From assembly GCA_016206155.1 (NCBI GenBank), contig JACQSC010000004.1, positions 217,910 to 281,909 of the forward strand: 64,000 nucleotides of DNA. The letters run 5' to 3'. Below, piece after piece: positions 46,810 to 55,249 of this stretch (the first letter of the stretch is position 1; each line of letters starts with the position of its first letter). Source of the DNA: Candidatus Uhrbacteria bacterium. GTDB taxonomy: Bacteria > Patescibacteriota > Patescibacteriia > JACQRZ01. A program made the position numbers and the translations under genes. Under the pieces are notes generated by a model, which did not search any database, was not told the DNA's origin, and worked only from the letters and a program-made list of their open reading frames with translations.

Positions 46810-48768
46810 ATGAAACCTTTAACAGGATTATTTGTAAAAGGCGTAGTTGGTTTTTCCTTTGTTGGAGCTCTTATTCTTGCCCCAACTGTATCATATGCCG
46901 CGGACAAGAGCAATGAAGGAGGGGCGCTTCGTCTCATCCAAAGCGATTTTTCACTCTCCCTCAAACCGCTCGAACAGCATCGGTTCGGCGTTGGCTTTAA
47001 AAATACCGGCAGCACGACCTGGAAAAAGGGGCGCGATGCAATGACGCTGCGTGCAAAGGCAAAGAAGGAGAGCTACTTTTATCATGTATCATGGAAGAGC
47101 GGAACCATAGTTATGGACCTTCCTGGAGACGTAAAAAGCGGAGAGGTTGTTTATTTTTGGTTTACTCTTGAGGCGCCAAAAACAACGGGTTCGTATGTTG
47201 AAGAGCTGACGCTCTATCGTGACGGGCAAGCTCTTGCCGGAAGCGTTACGCGTATTCCCATCAGCGTGCAGGGGAGCGCCGAGTATAAGCCGCTTGCCGC
47301 GACCCCAACCGCGACGCTTGCGGCCCCAGCCCAACAGTCAGTTGTTCAGCTTACCGCGACCAAGCTCATTCAGAGCGCCCCGAGTCTTACCATGAAACAA
47401 TACGAACGCACAACGTTTGGCATCGGATTCAAGAATACCAGCACGCGCCCATGGTCCTCTGCCGATGCGATCACCTTGCGCGCCAAGGCCGCGAAAGAAA
47501 GTTATTTTTATGATTCCTCATGGAAGAGCGGAACCGTTGTGATGGATCTTCCGCGGGAGGTACAACCCGGTGAGGTTGTCTATTTTTGGTTTACGCTGTT
47601 TGCGCCCATTTATCCGCGCACCTACGAGGAAAAACTTTTCCTCTATGCGGGGGAGACAAAGATTGTTGGAAGTGACGTTGCCATTCCCATCGTCGTAGTT
47701 CCCGCCTCCTCCTCGGCGCTGACCACGGCCACGCCTGAGGACACATCGCGCCCGAGCACAACGCTTATTGAGACAGCGGCTCCTCAGGCGCGGTCCGGTA
47801 TCATCGACGACAAAACAGAGGTCGAACCATTTATCCGTGTTGGCCTCTATCACACAACCGAACCAATTCGAATAACCGCGCAGAAGGAGTATGATGTTCG
47901 CGACGAGGATGGAACAGCGCTTGCCCATGAACAAGCGGGAGCCGTGACAACGATAACATTCGATTTTGCGACAAAGGCATATACAATAACAACGCCCTCC
48001 ACAAGCGTGATGACATCGAAGTATGTGCGCCTGCGCGGATCCACCCTGCCCTATCGTCTGGTGACGCGGCAAGACGGGTCTATTGTCGTAGAACCCGTAG
48101 CGGATCAAGATACCATTTTTGAAATTCTTTCATACTCAAACCGCCCGACATGGTCGAGCACACTGAACGATAATACATTTCGCGGTGAGCTCGAGGTGAG
48201 GTACGCGCCCCTCACTGACCGTCTATGGGTTGTCAATGAGCTCTTGTTTGAGCAGTATTTGAAGGGCATTGCCGAGACGTCAAATAGTTCACCGTACGAG
48301 TATCAGAAAGCATTGATTATCGCAGCGCGCACTTACGCGAAATATCATATTGATCGCAACACTAAGCACGCATCAGAGGGATTTACAGTCAAGCCGACCG
48401 AGGCCGATCAGGTGTATCGCGGCTATGGCGCGGAAAAGAGGCTATCCAATATTTCACGCGCGATTGACGAAACGCGCGGCGTGATTGTGTACTATGGGGA
48501 TACGCTTGCCATCACGCCGTATTCTTCTAATACGGACGGACGCACGCGAAGCTGGGAAGAGGTGTGGGGCGGTTCACCAAAACCATGGCTTGTAAGCGTT
48601 CCTGATCCGTGTTGTACCGGCATGGCTATGCGCTATTCGAACAACAGCTATAGTCATGGTGTTGGTATGTCTGCGCGCGGAGCGCTTGCCATGGCGCTTG
48701 ACAATAAAGGATTTGAGGAAATTTTAAAATACTACTATACTGGTATTGAACTCCATAAAAAATACTAA
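46810..48768 (+). CDS. SpoIID/LytB-domain protein with two N-terminal Ig-like repeats
   Basis: Signal peptide and an internal ~130-aa duplicate (FGVGFKNTGSTTWKK... and FGIGFKNTSTRPWSS...). The ORF track starts it at 46717. Confidence 0.6.
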   Translation: MKPLTGLFVKGVVGFSFVGALILAPTVSYAADKSNEGGALRLIQSDFSLSLKPLEQHRFGVGFKNTGSTTWKKGRDAMTLRAKAKKESYFYHVSWKSGTIVMDLPGDVKSGEVVYFWFTLEAPKTTGSYVEELTLYRDGQALAGSVTRIPISVQGSAEYKPLAATPTATLAAPAQQSVVQLTATKLIQSAPSLTMKQYERTTFGIGFKNTSTRPWSSADAITLRAKAAKESYFYDSSWKSGTVVMDLPREVQPGEVVYFWFTLFAPIYPRTYEEKLFLYAGETKIVGSDVAIPIVVVPASSSALTTATPEDTSRPSTTLIETAAPQARSGIIDDKTEVEPFIRVGLYHTTEPIRITAQKEYDVRDEDGTALAHEQAGAVTTITFDFATKAYTITTPSTSVMTSKYVRLRGSTLPYRLVTRQDGSIVVEPVADQDTIFEILSYSNRPTWSSTLNDNTFRGELEVRYAPLTDRLWVVNELLFEQYLKGIAETSNSSPYEYQKALIIAARTYAKYHIDRNTKHASEGFTVKPTEADQVYRGYGAEKRLSNISRAIDETRGVIVYYGDTLAITPYSSNTDGRTRSWEEVWGGSPKPWLVSVPDPCCTGMAMRYSNNSYSHGVGMSARGALAMALDNKGFEEILKYYYTGIELHKKY

Positions 48769-48800
48769 ACCCTAAACCCTAAACCCTAAACCCTAAACCC
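48766..48800. repeat. Perfect tandem heptamer (TAAACCC)x5, complement GGGTTTA, overlapping the upstream stop and ending 6 nt before the pilT ATG
   Basis: taaaccctaaaccctaaaccctaaaccctaaaccc. Confidence 0.9.
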
Positions 48801-48806
48801 TATCCT

Positions 48807-49835
48807 ATGACCATTGACGAAATACTTAATCTCGCGATTAAAAAAAATTCTTCTGATATCCACCTAGCGATTCATAAACGTCCGGTATTTCGTATGGACG
48901 GGCAGCTGGTTGAGCAGGAGGAATTCGCGGTTTTTGAAGACGTAGAATTAAAAAACACCATTCTCGAGCCGCTTTCTGATTATCAGAAGAAGGAACTTGA
49001 AGCAGAGCGTGAACTCGCGTTCGTGTACTCGCTGCCCGACCATCACCGGTTTCGCGTAAACGTGTTTTGGGATCAGGGACGCCTCGCATTGGCCGCGCGC
49101 GCCATTCCCTCAACGGTTCCAACCATGGAACAGGTGGGTCTGCCAAAAGTTGCCTATGATTTTCTCAATCTCGACAAGGGTCTCATTATCCTCACCGGCC
49201 AAACAGGAAACGGCAAGTCAACGAGCCTTGCCGCGATGATTGATCATGTTAACAAGACACGCGCTGCTCACATCATCACCTTTGAAGATCCGATTGAATT
49301 TGTCTTCAAGTCAGAAAGCTCCATTGTGCGACAGCGCGAATACGGAGCGGATTTTACAAGCTTTGAGAAAAGTTTGAAGTTCGTGGTGCGTCATGACCCC
49401 AACGTTATTATGGTAGGCGAGATGCGCGATCCGGAGACTATTGCAACAACCATCACGCTTGCAGAAACAGGGCACCTGGTGCTCACCACCCTCCATACCT
49501 TTGACGCCGCGCAAACCATCTATCGCATCATCGATTATTTCCCGTCAGATCAGCAGGATCAGATTCGACTGCAGCTTGCGCTCACACTGCGCGGCATCAT
49601 CTCTCAATTGCTCCTGCCAAAAGTCGGCGGCGGGCGTATTCCGGCGCGCGAGATTTTGGTCAACACGCCGGCAATCGCGAACCTTATTCGTGAAAACAAA
49701 ATCGAACACATTCCATCCATACTCCAGACCGGACAGGATCATGGCATGACGACCATGGATCAGGCGCTACAAGACCTTCTCGGTAAGAAGTTGATTACCG
49801 ATGACACAGCTCGGGCACACATGACAAGGACGTAA
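48807..49835 (+). CDS. pilT: type IV pilus retraction ATPase PilT
   Basis: Walker A GQTGNGKST and PilT/PilU family length. Confidence 0.85.
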   Translation: MTIDEILNLAIKKNSSDIHLAIHKRPVFRMDGQLVEQEEFAVFEDVELKNTILEPLSDYQKKELEAERELAFVYSLPDHHRFRVNVFWDQGRLALAARAIPSTVPTMEQVGLPKVAYDFLNLDKGLIILTGQTGNGKSTSLAAMIDHVNKTRAAHIITFEDPIEFVFKSESSIVRQREYGADFTSFEKSLKFVVRHDPNVIMVGEMRDPETIATTITLAETGHLVLTTLHTFDAAQTIYRIIDYFPSDQQDQIRLQLALTLRGIISQLLLPKVGGGRIPAREILVNTPAIANLIRENKIEHIPSILQTGQDHGMTTMDQALQDLLGKKLITDDTARAHMTRT

Positions 49836-49893
49836 GTCAGCCACTATCCCTTCACAAAATAATCACGGCACGGTACACTTGCCGTATATTTTA

Positions 49894-49965
49894 GCGCCCG
49901 TCGTTCAATGGATAGGACGCGTGACTTCGAATCACGCGATGGGGGTTCGATTCCCTCCGGGCGCA
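49894..49965 (+). tRNA. tRNA-Arg (anticodon TCG)
   Basis: Acceptor gcgcccg/cgggcgc, anticodon stem gtga/tcac with loop cuUCGaa, T-arm gguucgauucc. Confidence 0.7.
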
Positions 49966-50088
49966 AGAGAGCGAAGCGAACGGGAGCGCGCGGAAGCAAC
50001 AGCCAGTGGCTGTTGCGTGGGATGAGAACGGGTGGTGAGTGCGCGCAACCACCCAGGACAGCGAGCCTGCCTGCGGTAGGCAGGTCGG

Positions 50089-50736
50089 ATGCGAAGCGGC
50101 GATTCTCTCCGGGAGTTTAATGGCGCGCCACGTTTTCTTGGCACTGACGAGAAGGGGCGGGAAGTGCTTACGTTTATCAAGGGCGAAGTGCCGCACAGAG
50201 AAATAGATTGGACTGACGATCAGCTCATTGTTGTTGTTCAGATGCTTAAACGTTTTCACGATGCAACAGCGGGAAGCACACTTGCCGGCAATCATGAAGT
50301 TGTTTGCCATAATGACGCGGCTCCATGGAACATCGTACTGGACGATACTACGCCGGTTGCATTCATAGATTTTGACGGTGCGAGTCCGGGCAATCGCGCT
50401 GATGATCTGGCATATTTTCTGTGGACATTCCTTCGGCTGGGTAGTGACATTCCAGCCGACCAGCAAGCGCGAAAGATACGAACGCTCTGTGAAGAGTATG
50501 GATTTGCCGATGGGCAGGCATTATTTGAAGCGCTTATTAAACAGCAGAAAAAGATTTTAGCAAAAAGAGAACTATTGGCACAAGAAGCTCCTGACGAAGA
50601 GTCGCGTGAGTTTTCCAGGACACGAGCCACAAACATCCGTTCGGAAATTGAGTGGGTTCAATCACACAAGACATTGTTTGAAAATCTGTTTCATGGCCAA
50701 GGCACCCACCTGCCGGAAAGGCCCATTCGTCCTTGA
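50089..50736 (+). pseudogene. APH/choline-kinase-family phosphotransferase, C-terminal-lobe fragment
   Basis: Catalytic loop VCHNDAAPWNIVLDD and metal-binding FIDFDGAS are present, but the N-terminal nucleotide-binding lobe is missing. Confidence 0.4.
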
Positions 50737-50788
50737 CAGAAAATAATACTATTTGTATACTGTATATATAGTTTAGTAATACCCCGCT

Positions 50789-51967
50789 ATGATGTATCCA
50801 AGAACTATTTATTCCCGTATCAAGGCGCATCTCGGCACGAAGTCAGTTGTTGTCCTCACGGGAATGAGAAGGACCGGAAAGACGACTATTCTGAAACATA
50901 TTCTGTCCGAGATACGTTCGGATAATAAGGCATACTTTGATCTGGAAAAAATAAGCGACCGCGAATTTTTTGATCGCAAAAATTATGATTCCATACTGCT
51001 TGACCTCGCGCAACGAGGACTTGAGCCGAAAAAAAAGCTCTATCTTTGCATTGACGAAATACAGTTCCTGCCGAATATCACGAGTGTCATTAAATATCTC
51101 TATGATCACCATCGTATAAAATTTTTCGCTACCGGATCGAGCTCGTATTATTTGAAGAATCTGTTTACCCAATCGCTTGCCGGACGAAAAATTGTCTTTG
51201 AGCTTTTCCCGCTTGATTTTTGCGAGTTTCTCACCTTCAAGGATGTTCCCCATAGAGAAGGTTCGTTTCTTAAAAATGCCTTCTCGCGAGCAGAGTATGA
51301 ACGCCTTCGATTTTATTATGAGGAATTTATTGAGTTTGGCGGATTTCCGGAAGTTGTGTTGACAAAAAGCAAAGTTCTTAAAAAAGAGATGCTGAATGAT
51401 ATTATCAGCTCCTATATCAATATTGACATACAGTCGTTGGCCGATTTTCGGAAAGGCAAGGATATATACAATCTTATCAAAATGCTTGCATCTCGCTGTG
51501 CAACGCGGCTTGATTACAGCAAGCTTGCCAGTATGAGCGGTTTATCGCGCCCCACAGTTGAATCGTACGTAGATTTTTTTGAGAAGACCTACCTTATTAC
51601 CCGCGTCCCGGTCTTTACTCGCAATACAGACAGGGAAATCGTCAAGGCACGTAAGATCTTTTTTTGTGATAATGGTCTTATGGGTATTCTTGCACAAAAC
51701 AGCAGTGGAGTACTATTTGAAAATGCGCTTTTCAATCAGTTGCGCCACAAAGGCGAAGTGCGCTATTATGCGCTCAAGGATGGAAGCGAGATCGATTTTA
51801 TTCTTGATGGAACAATGGCTCTCGAGGCGAAGGAGTCGCCAACAGGCGTTGACCTGAATACGCTTGCACGGTTGAGCAGAATCGCGAAATTAAAAAAAAT
51901 CCATCTTGTTGGCCGTTACGAAGTACCGCGATTTAACGATTATATCTGGGGCGGAGCTATTCGATAG
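50789..51967 (+). CDS. AAA-family ATPase with a C-terminal DUF4143-like domain
   Basis: Walker A GMRRTGKTT. Confidence 0.6.
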   Translation: MMYPRTIYSRIKAHLGTKSVVVLTGMRRTGKTTILKHILSEIRSDNKAYFDLEKISDREFFDRKNYDSILLDLAQRGLEPKKKLYLCIDEIQFLPNITSVIKYLYDHHRIKFFATGSSSYYLKNLFTQSLAGRKIVFELFPLDFCEFLTFKDVPHREGSFLKNAFSRAEYERLRFYYEEFIEFGGFPEVVLTKSKVLKKEMLNDIISSYINIDIQSLADFRKGKDIYNLIKMLASRCATRLDYSKLASMSGLSRPTVESYVDFFEKTYLITRVPVFTRNTDREIVKARKIFFCDNGLMGILAQNSSGVLFENALFNQLRHKGEVRYYALKDGSEIDFILDGTMALEAKESPTGVDLNTLARLSRIAKLKKIHLVGRYEVPRFNDYIWGGAIR

Positions 51968-51971
51968 GTGT

Positions 51972-52427
51972 ATGCGAAGAATCAAACGAGAAATAGTGTC
52001 AGCGCTGATTTTTTCACAAGAAGGTAAACTCTTTCAAGGGAAAAAAGACCCGGCGAAAGGTGGCGTCTATAGTGATGCGTGGCATCTTCCGGGCGGAGGC
52101 ATTGAAGAAGGGGAGGACACTATAACTGCGCTCAAGCGAGAGATACTGGAGGAAACAGGAATTGATATTTCCCCATACCCCATTGAATTGATCGACGATG
52201 TCGGACGGGGCGAATCGGAAAAGACACTTGAAGATGGCGAGCAGGTGATATGCGAGATGGTATTTAATGTTTACGGGGTGACAATCTACGACAAGAAAGC
52301 AGATGAGATCGTCGTGAATTTGGACGGTGATCTGATCGAATACGCGTGGCGCAGCATTTCAGAATTGAAAAATATTGTGCTCACGCCACCGTCAAAAGAG
52401 CTATTTACTCGTCTTGGATATATATGA
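51972..52427 (+). CDS. NUDIX hydrolase
   Basis: Nudix box GGGIEEGEDTITALKREILEETGI. Start chosen at MRRIKREIV. Confidence 0.7.
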   Translation: MRRIKREIVSALIFSQEGKLFQGKKDPAKGGVYSDAWHLPGGGIEEGEDTITALKREILEETGIDISPYPIELIDDVGRGESEKTLEDGEQVICEMVFNVYGVTIYDKKADEIVVNLDGDLIEYAWRSISELKNIVLTPPSKELFTRLGYI

Positions 52428-53116
52428 TTGATCTTAAAGGAAAAGTCATTGTTATTACCGGCGCAAGCAGGGGGTTGGGTCGCGCACTTGCGAGAGTCCT
52501 TGCGCAAGAGGGTGCGCAATTAGTGCTTGCGAATCGTAATGTCGAAGAGTTGAATGAGGTTGCGCAAGAGACTGGCGGCATTGCGGTTGTTGCTGACGTT
52601 TCCGACGAAGCACAGGTACAGGGCCTTGCTCGTACCACAATAGAAAAATATGGACGCATCGATATCTGGATAAACAACGCCGGTATCTGGATGCCGCATG
52701 TGCCGATTGAGGAACTGAACTGGAAGCGTGTTCACGAGATTTTTGAAGTCAATGTTTTCGGTTTGATGTATGGGTCGAAGGAAGCGCTGGTACAGATGAA
52801 AAAACAACAATCGGGAACAATCATTAATATTATTTCTGTCCGTGGTGTTGACCCCCTTCCAAACGAAGCGGGGTATACGGCAAGTAAGTTCGCGGCAACA
52901 GGGTTTACGAAATGTTTGCGCCTCGAAGCCGAACCATTCGGTGTTCGTGTCTTTGGCATTTACCCCGGCGGCATGAAAACCCATCTCTTTGATGAAGCGC
53001 CGCGCGCAGAATACAACGAATTCATGGACCCTGCCGATGTCGCGCAAAAGATAATCAGCCACATCAAAGATGAGCATGCCGATCCCGATCTCATTCTCAA
53101 ACGCCCAAACACATAG
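52424..53116 (+). CDS. short-chain dehydrogenase/reductase (SDR)
   Basis: Motifs GKVIVITGASRGLGRALA, NNAG and YTASK. Start at MIDLKGKV, overlapping the NUDIX stop. Confidence 0.8.
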   Translation: MIDLKGKVIVITGASRGLGRALARVLAQEGAQLVLANRNVEELNEVAQETGGIAVVADVSDEAQVQGLARTTIEKYGRIDIWINNAGIWMPHVPIEELNWKRVHEIFEVNVFGLMYGSKEALVQMKKQQSGTIINIISVRGVDPLPNEAGYTASKFAATGFTKCLRLEAEPFGVRVFGIYPGGMKTHLFDEAPRAEYNEFMDPADVAQKIISHIKDEHADPDLILKRPNT

Positions 53117-53122
53117 CTATCT

Positions 53123-53437
53123 ATGCCATCAGAAACGCGCGCATGCCAGAACCGTAATCATCAGTGCACGAACGCGTTCAAAGTGTTGAGCGTGGATCTT
53201 GATTTTTATCGAGCGCATCATCTGCCGATCCACAGACTATGCCCTAATTGCCGCCATTATGAACGTCTCGCAAAACGAGAACCGGTTCAGCTCTGGAGCC
53301 GAACCTGCATGTGCGCAGGCGCGCCTTCTCATGCGCATGGCACGTTGCCTTGTACCGTATCATTTCAAACGTCGTACGCACTCTATCGACCGGAGATTAT
53401 CTATTGCGAAGCGTGCTATCAGCAGGAGGTTGTGTAA
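53123..53437 (+). CDS. Cys-rich zinc-ribbon family, miniature member A (degenerate N-ribbon fused to the C-terminal module)
   Basis: Sequence ELxFYRAHHLPIHRLCPNCRHYERL...CTVSFQTSYALYRPEIIYCEACYQQEVV. Confidence 0.5.
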   Translation: MPSETRACQNRNHQCTNAFKVLSVDLDFYRAHHLPIHRLCPNCRHYERLAKREPVQLWSRTCMCAGAPSHAHGTLPCTVSFQTSYALYRPEIIYCEACYQQEVV

Positions 53438-53502
53438 GTATTTGACAATGTCGCACGGCGGCGTATACTATGGAGTGTTATTAATAATTAACAACAAAAC
53501 AT

Positions 53503-53769
53503 ATGGCACGTACCGTATTTACCACAACCATCTCGCTTCCTAAAACAATGGCCGCAACATTGAAGCAAATGGAGCGGGAAGAGGGACGTACAACCAGCGG
53601 GCTTATACAAGAAGCGCTTCGGCATTATGAGCGCTTTCATCGTTTCGAGAGTGGTCGGCGACACATAAGCTGGAACATCCTTAAAAAAGATCTTGCACGC
53701 ATTTCAAAGGCTGGGCGACAAAATGTCAACCTCGCGGATGCTATTGCACGAGATCGACTCTCTCATTAG
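53503..53769 (+). CDS. ribbon-helix-helix (CopG-like) antitoxin
   Basis: N-terminus TTISLPKTMAATLKQMEREEGRTTSGLIQEALRHY. Confidence 0.6.
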   Translation: MARTVFTTTISLPKTMAATLKQMEREEGRTTSGLIQEALRHYERFHRFESGRRHISWNILKKDLARISKAGRQNVNLADAIARDRLSH

Positions 53770-53778
53770 GGTAGCAGT

Positions 53779-54231
53779 ATGATGATATCACATCTGTACA
53801 TCCTTGACGCATCCGTTATTGTTAAGTTATTCAATAAGGAATGTGAAGAATCGACAGAGGAAGCCGAAGATATTCTCGATGCCGCGCACCGCGGCATTCA
53901 TCTTTTGGCGACATGCGATCTCGCCGTACATGAAGTATTCAATGTTCTGATCCGTTCGAAGGGGGTGAGAGGGCGCGATCTTGAACTTGCTGTTGAGCGA
54001 TTTTTTGCTCTTCCTTGCCAGCTTCTTCAAACAGACGCGTCGTGCGCGGCGCTCGCGGCGATGATTGCCACGGAATCAGGCATCACATTTTACGACGCCG
54101 TGTATTTGGCTCAGACGCAGAGGCGCAACGCGCCGCTTATCACTGCGAATCCCAAGCATCAACGATCGTCGCGGGGGATAGAGGTTATCTCACTCGATCA
54201 GTGGTTTTCATTCAAGCAAAAAACAGCATAG
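53779..54231 (+). CDS. PIN-domain (VapC-like) toxin
   Basis: Motifs YILDASVIVK, E at aa 52 in HEVFNV, ITFYDAVYLAQT. Confidence 0.6.
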   Translation: MMISHLYILDASVIVKLFNKECEESTEEAEDILDAAHRGIHLLATCDLAVHEVFNVLIRSKGVRGRDLELAVERFFALPCQLLQTDASCAALAAMIATESGITFYDAVYLAQTQRRNAPLITANPKHQRSSRGIEVISLDQWFSFKQKTA

Positions 54232-54246
54232 CGAGGAGATGACGCT

Positions 54247-54726
54247 ATGAACAGTGAACAAAGAATCTGCCAGAACTGTAAACAATCCTTCATTATAGAA
54301 TCGGAGGACTTTATGTTTTACGAAAAGATGAAAGTCCCGCCGCCGACGTGGTGTCCCGAGTGCACGAATGTAAGTTTTTCATTGAATCTTCAAAATTGCA
54401 TGGACTGTTTTGGGTGCGTGAATTTGAAGAATAAACAGCACTGTATTTTTAATGAGCAGTATACGAAAGAAGAATACGAACAAAAGATGAAGGAATTTGA
54501 TTTCGGCTCCTACTCGTTTGTTCAAGAGATGAAAAAGAAGGTTTCTGAACTTTCATTGAAGTATCCACGACGATATGTTGAGGGGCTGAATAATGAACAG
54601 GTGGTCGGTGACTACATTTTTAATTCAAAGAATGTAGCACAGTGCACCGAAGTGACCGATTGCGAGAACTGCAAACCACCCATTGAAATATCAAAAGTGT
54701 TACCTATGTATGCGTCTTGTACATGA
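54247..54726 (+). CDS. Cys-rich zinc-ribbon family, truncated member B (N-terminal part only)
   Basis: Sequence CQNCKQSFIIESEDFMFYEKMKVPPPTWCPEC...CFGCVNLKNKQHCIFNEQYTKEEYE. Confidence 0.55.
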   Translation: MNSEQRICQNCKQSFIIESEDFMFYEKMKVPPPTWCPECTNVSFSLNLQNCMDCFGCVNLKNKQHCIFNEQYTKEEYEQKMKEFDFGSYSFVQEMKKKVSELSLKYPRRYVEGLNNEQVVGDYIFNSKNVAQCTEVTDCENCKPPIEISKVLPMYASCT

Positions 54727-54765
54727 TTTTGACAAACGCACAATGCTTTGTTAGTATAGAGCAAT

Positions 54766-55023
54766 ATGGAACAGAGATTGCTCAATTACGTTGTTATATT
54801 GGAGTCCGATATTCGAACGGGGAGCGATGAGCCCTGCTATAGTATTTATTGCCCCTCGTTGGGACTCTCTGATAGCGGTGATACTATTGAGGATGCGCTT
54901 GAAAATATGAAAGACCTTATTGTATTTCACCTCGATTCTCTTCGCAAAGAGCAGGAACCGATCCCTACGGCGGGTATTGCTCAACCCCTTATTGCAACAG
55001 TGCAAGTCGCCTATCCGAGTTAA
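54766..55023 (+). CDS. hicB: HicB-family antitoxin
   Basis: Motif YCPSLGLSDSGDTIEDALENMKDLIVFHLD. Confidence 0.6.
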   Translation: MEQRLLNYVVILESDIRTGSDEPCYSIYCPSLGLSDSGDTIEDALENMKDLIVFHLDSLRKEQEPIPTAGIAQPLIATVQVAYPS

Positions 55024-55027
55024 TGGT

Positions 55028-55249
55028 ATGCCGAAACTCGCAGAGGTTATGCCAAAGGACCTTTTGAAAGCTCTTCTTAAGGGTGGTTTTGTCATTACAA
55101 ATCAATCCGGAAGTCATGTGCGTCTCCATCATTTTGATGGACGAAAGACGACCCTTGCGGTTCACGCAAAACCGCTTCCGAAAGGAACGCTCGCGTCGAT
55201 TCTCCGTCACACCCAGATTTCCAGAGAAGAACTTGAACATTTATTATGA
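55028..55249 (+). CDS. hicA: HicA-family toxin
   Basis: Sequence MPKDLLKALLKGGFVITNQSGSHVRLHHFDGRKTTLAVHAKPLPKGTLASIL. Confidence 0.6.
   Translation: MPKLAEVMPKDLLKALLKGGFVITNQSGSHVRLHHFDGRKTTLAVHAKPLPKGTLASILRHTQISREELEHLL

Noticed and set aside
48766-48800. Possible CRISPR-like or telomere-like repeat
   Set aside because: Five contiguous 7-nt units with no spacers make this a microsatellite, not a CRISPR. The telomere resemblance (GGGTTTA) is coincidental in a bacterial intergenic context.
49891-50466. 191-aa minus-strand ORF and a 70-aa plus-strand ORF (49908..50120)
   Set aside because: They overlap tRNA-Arg(TCG) and the GC-rich structured spacer; no motifs.
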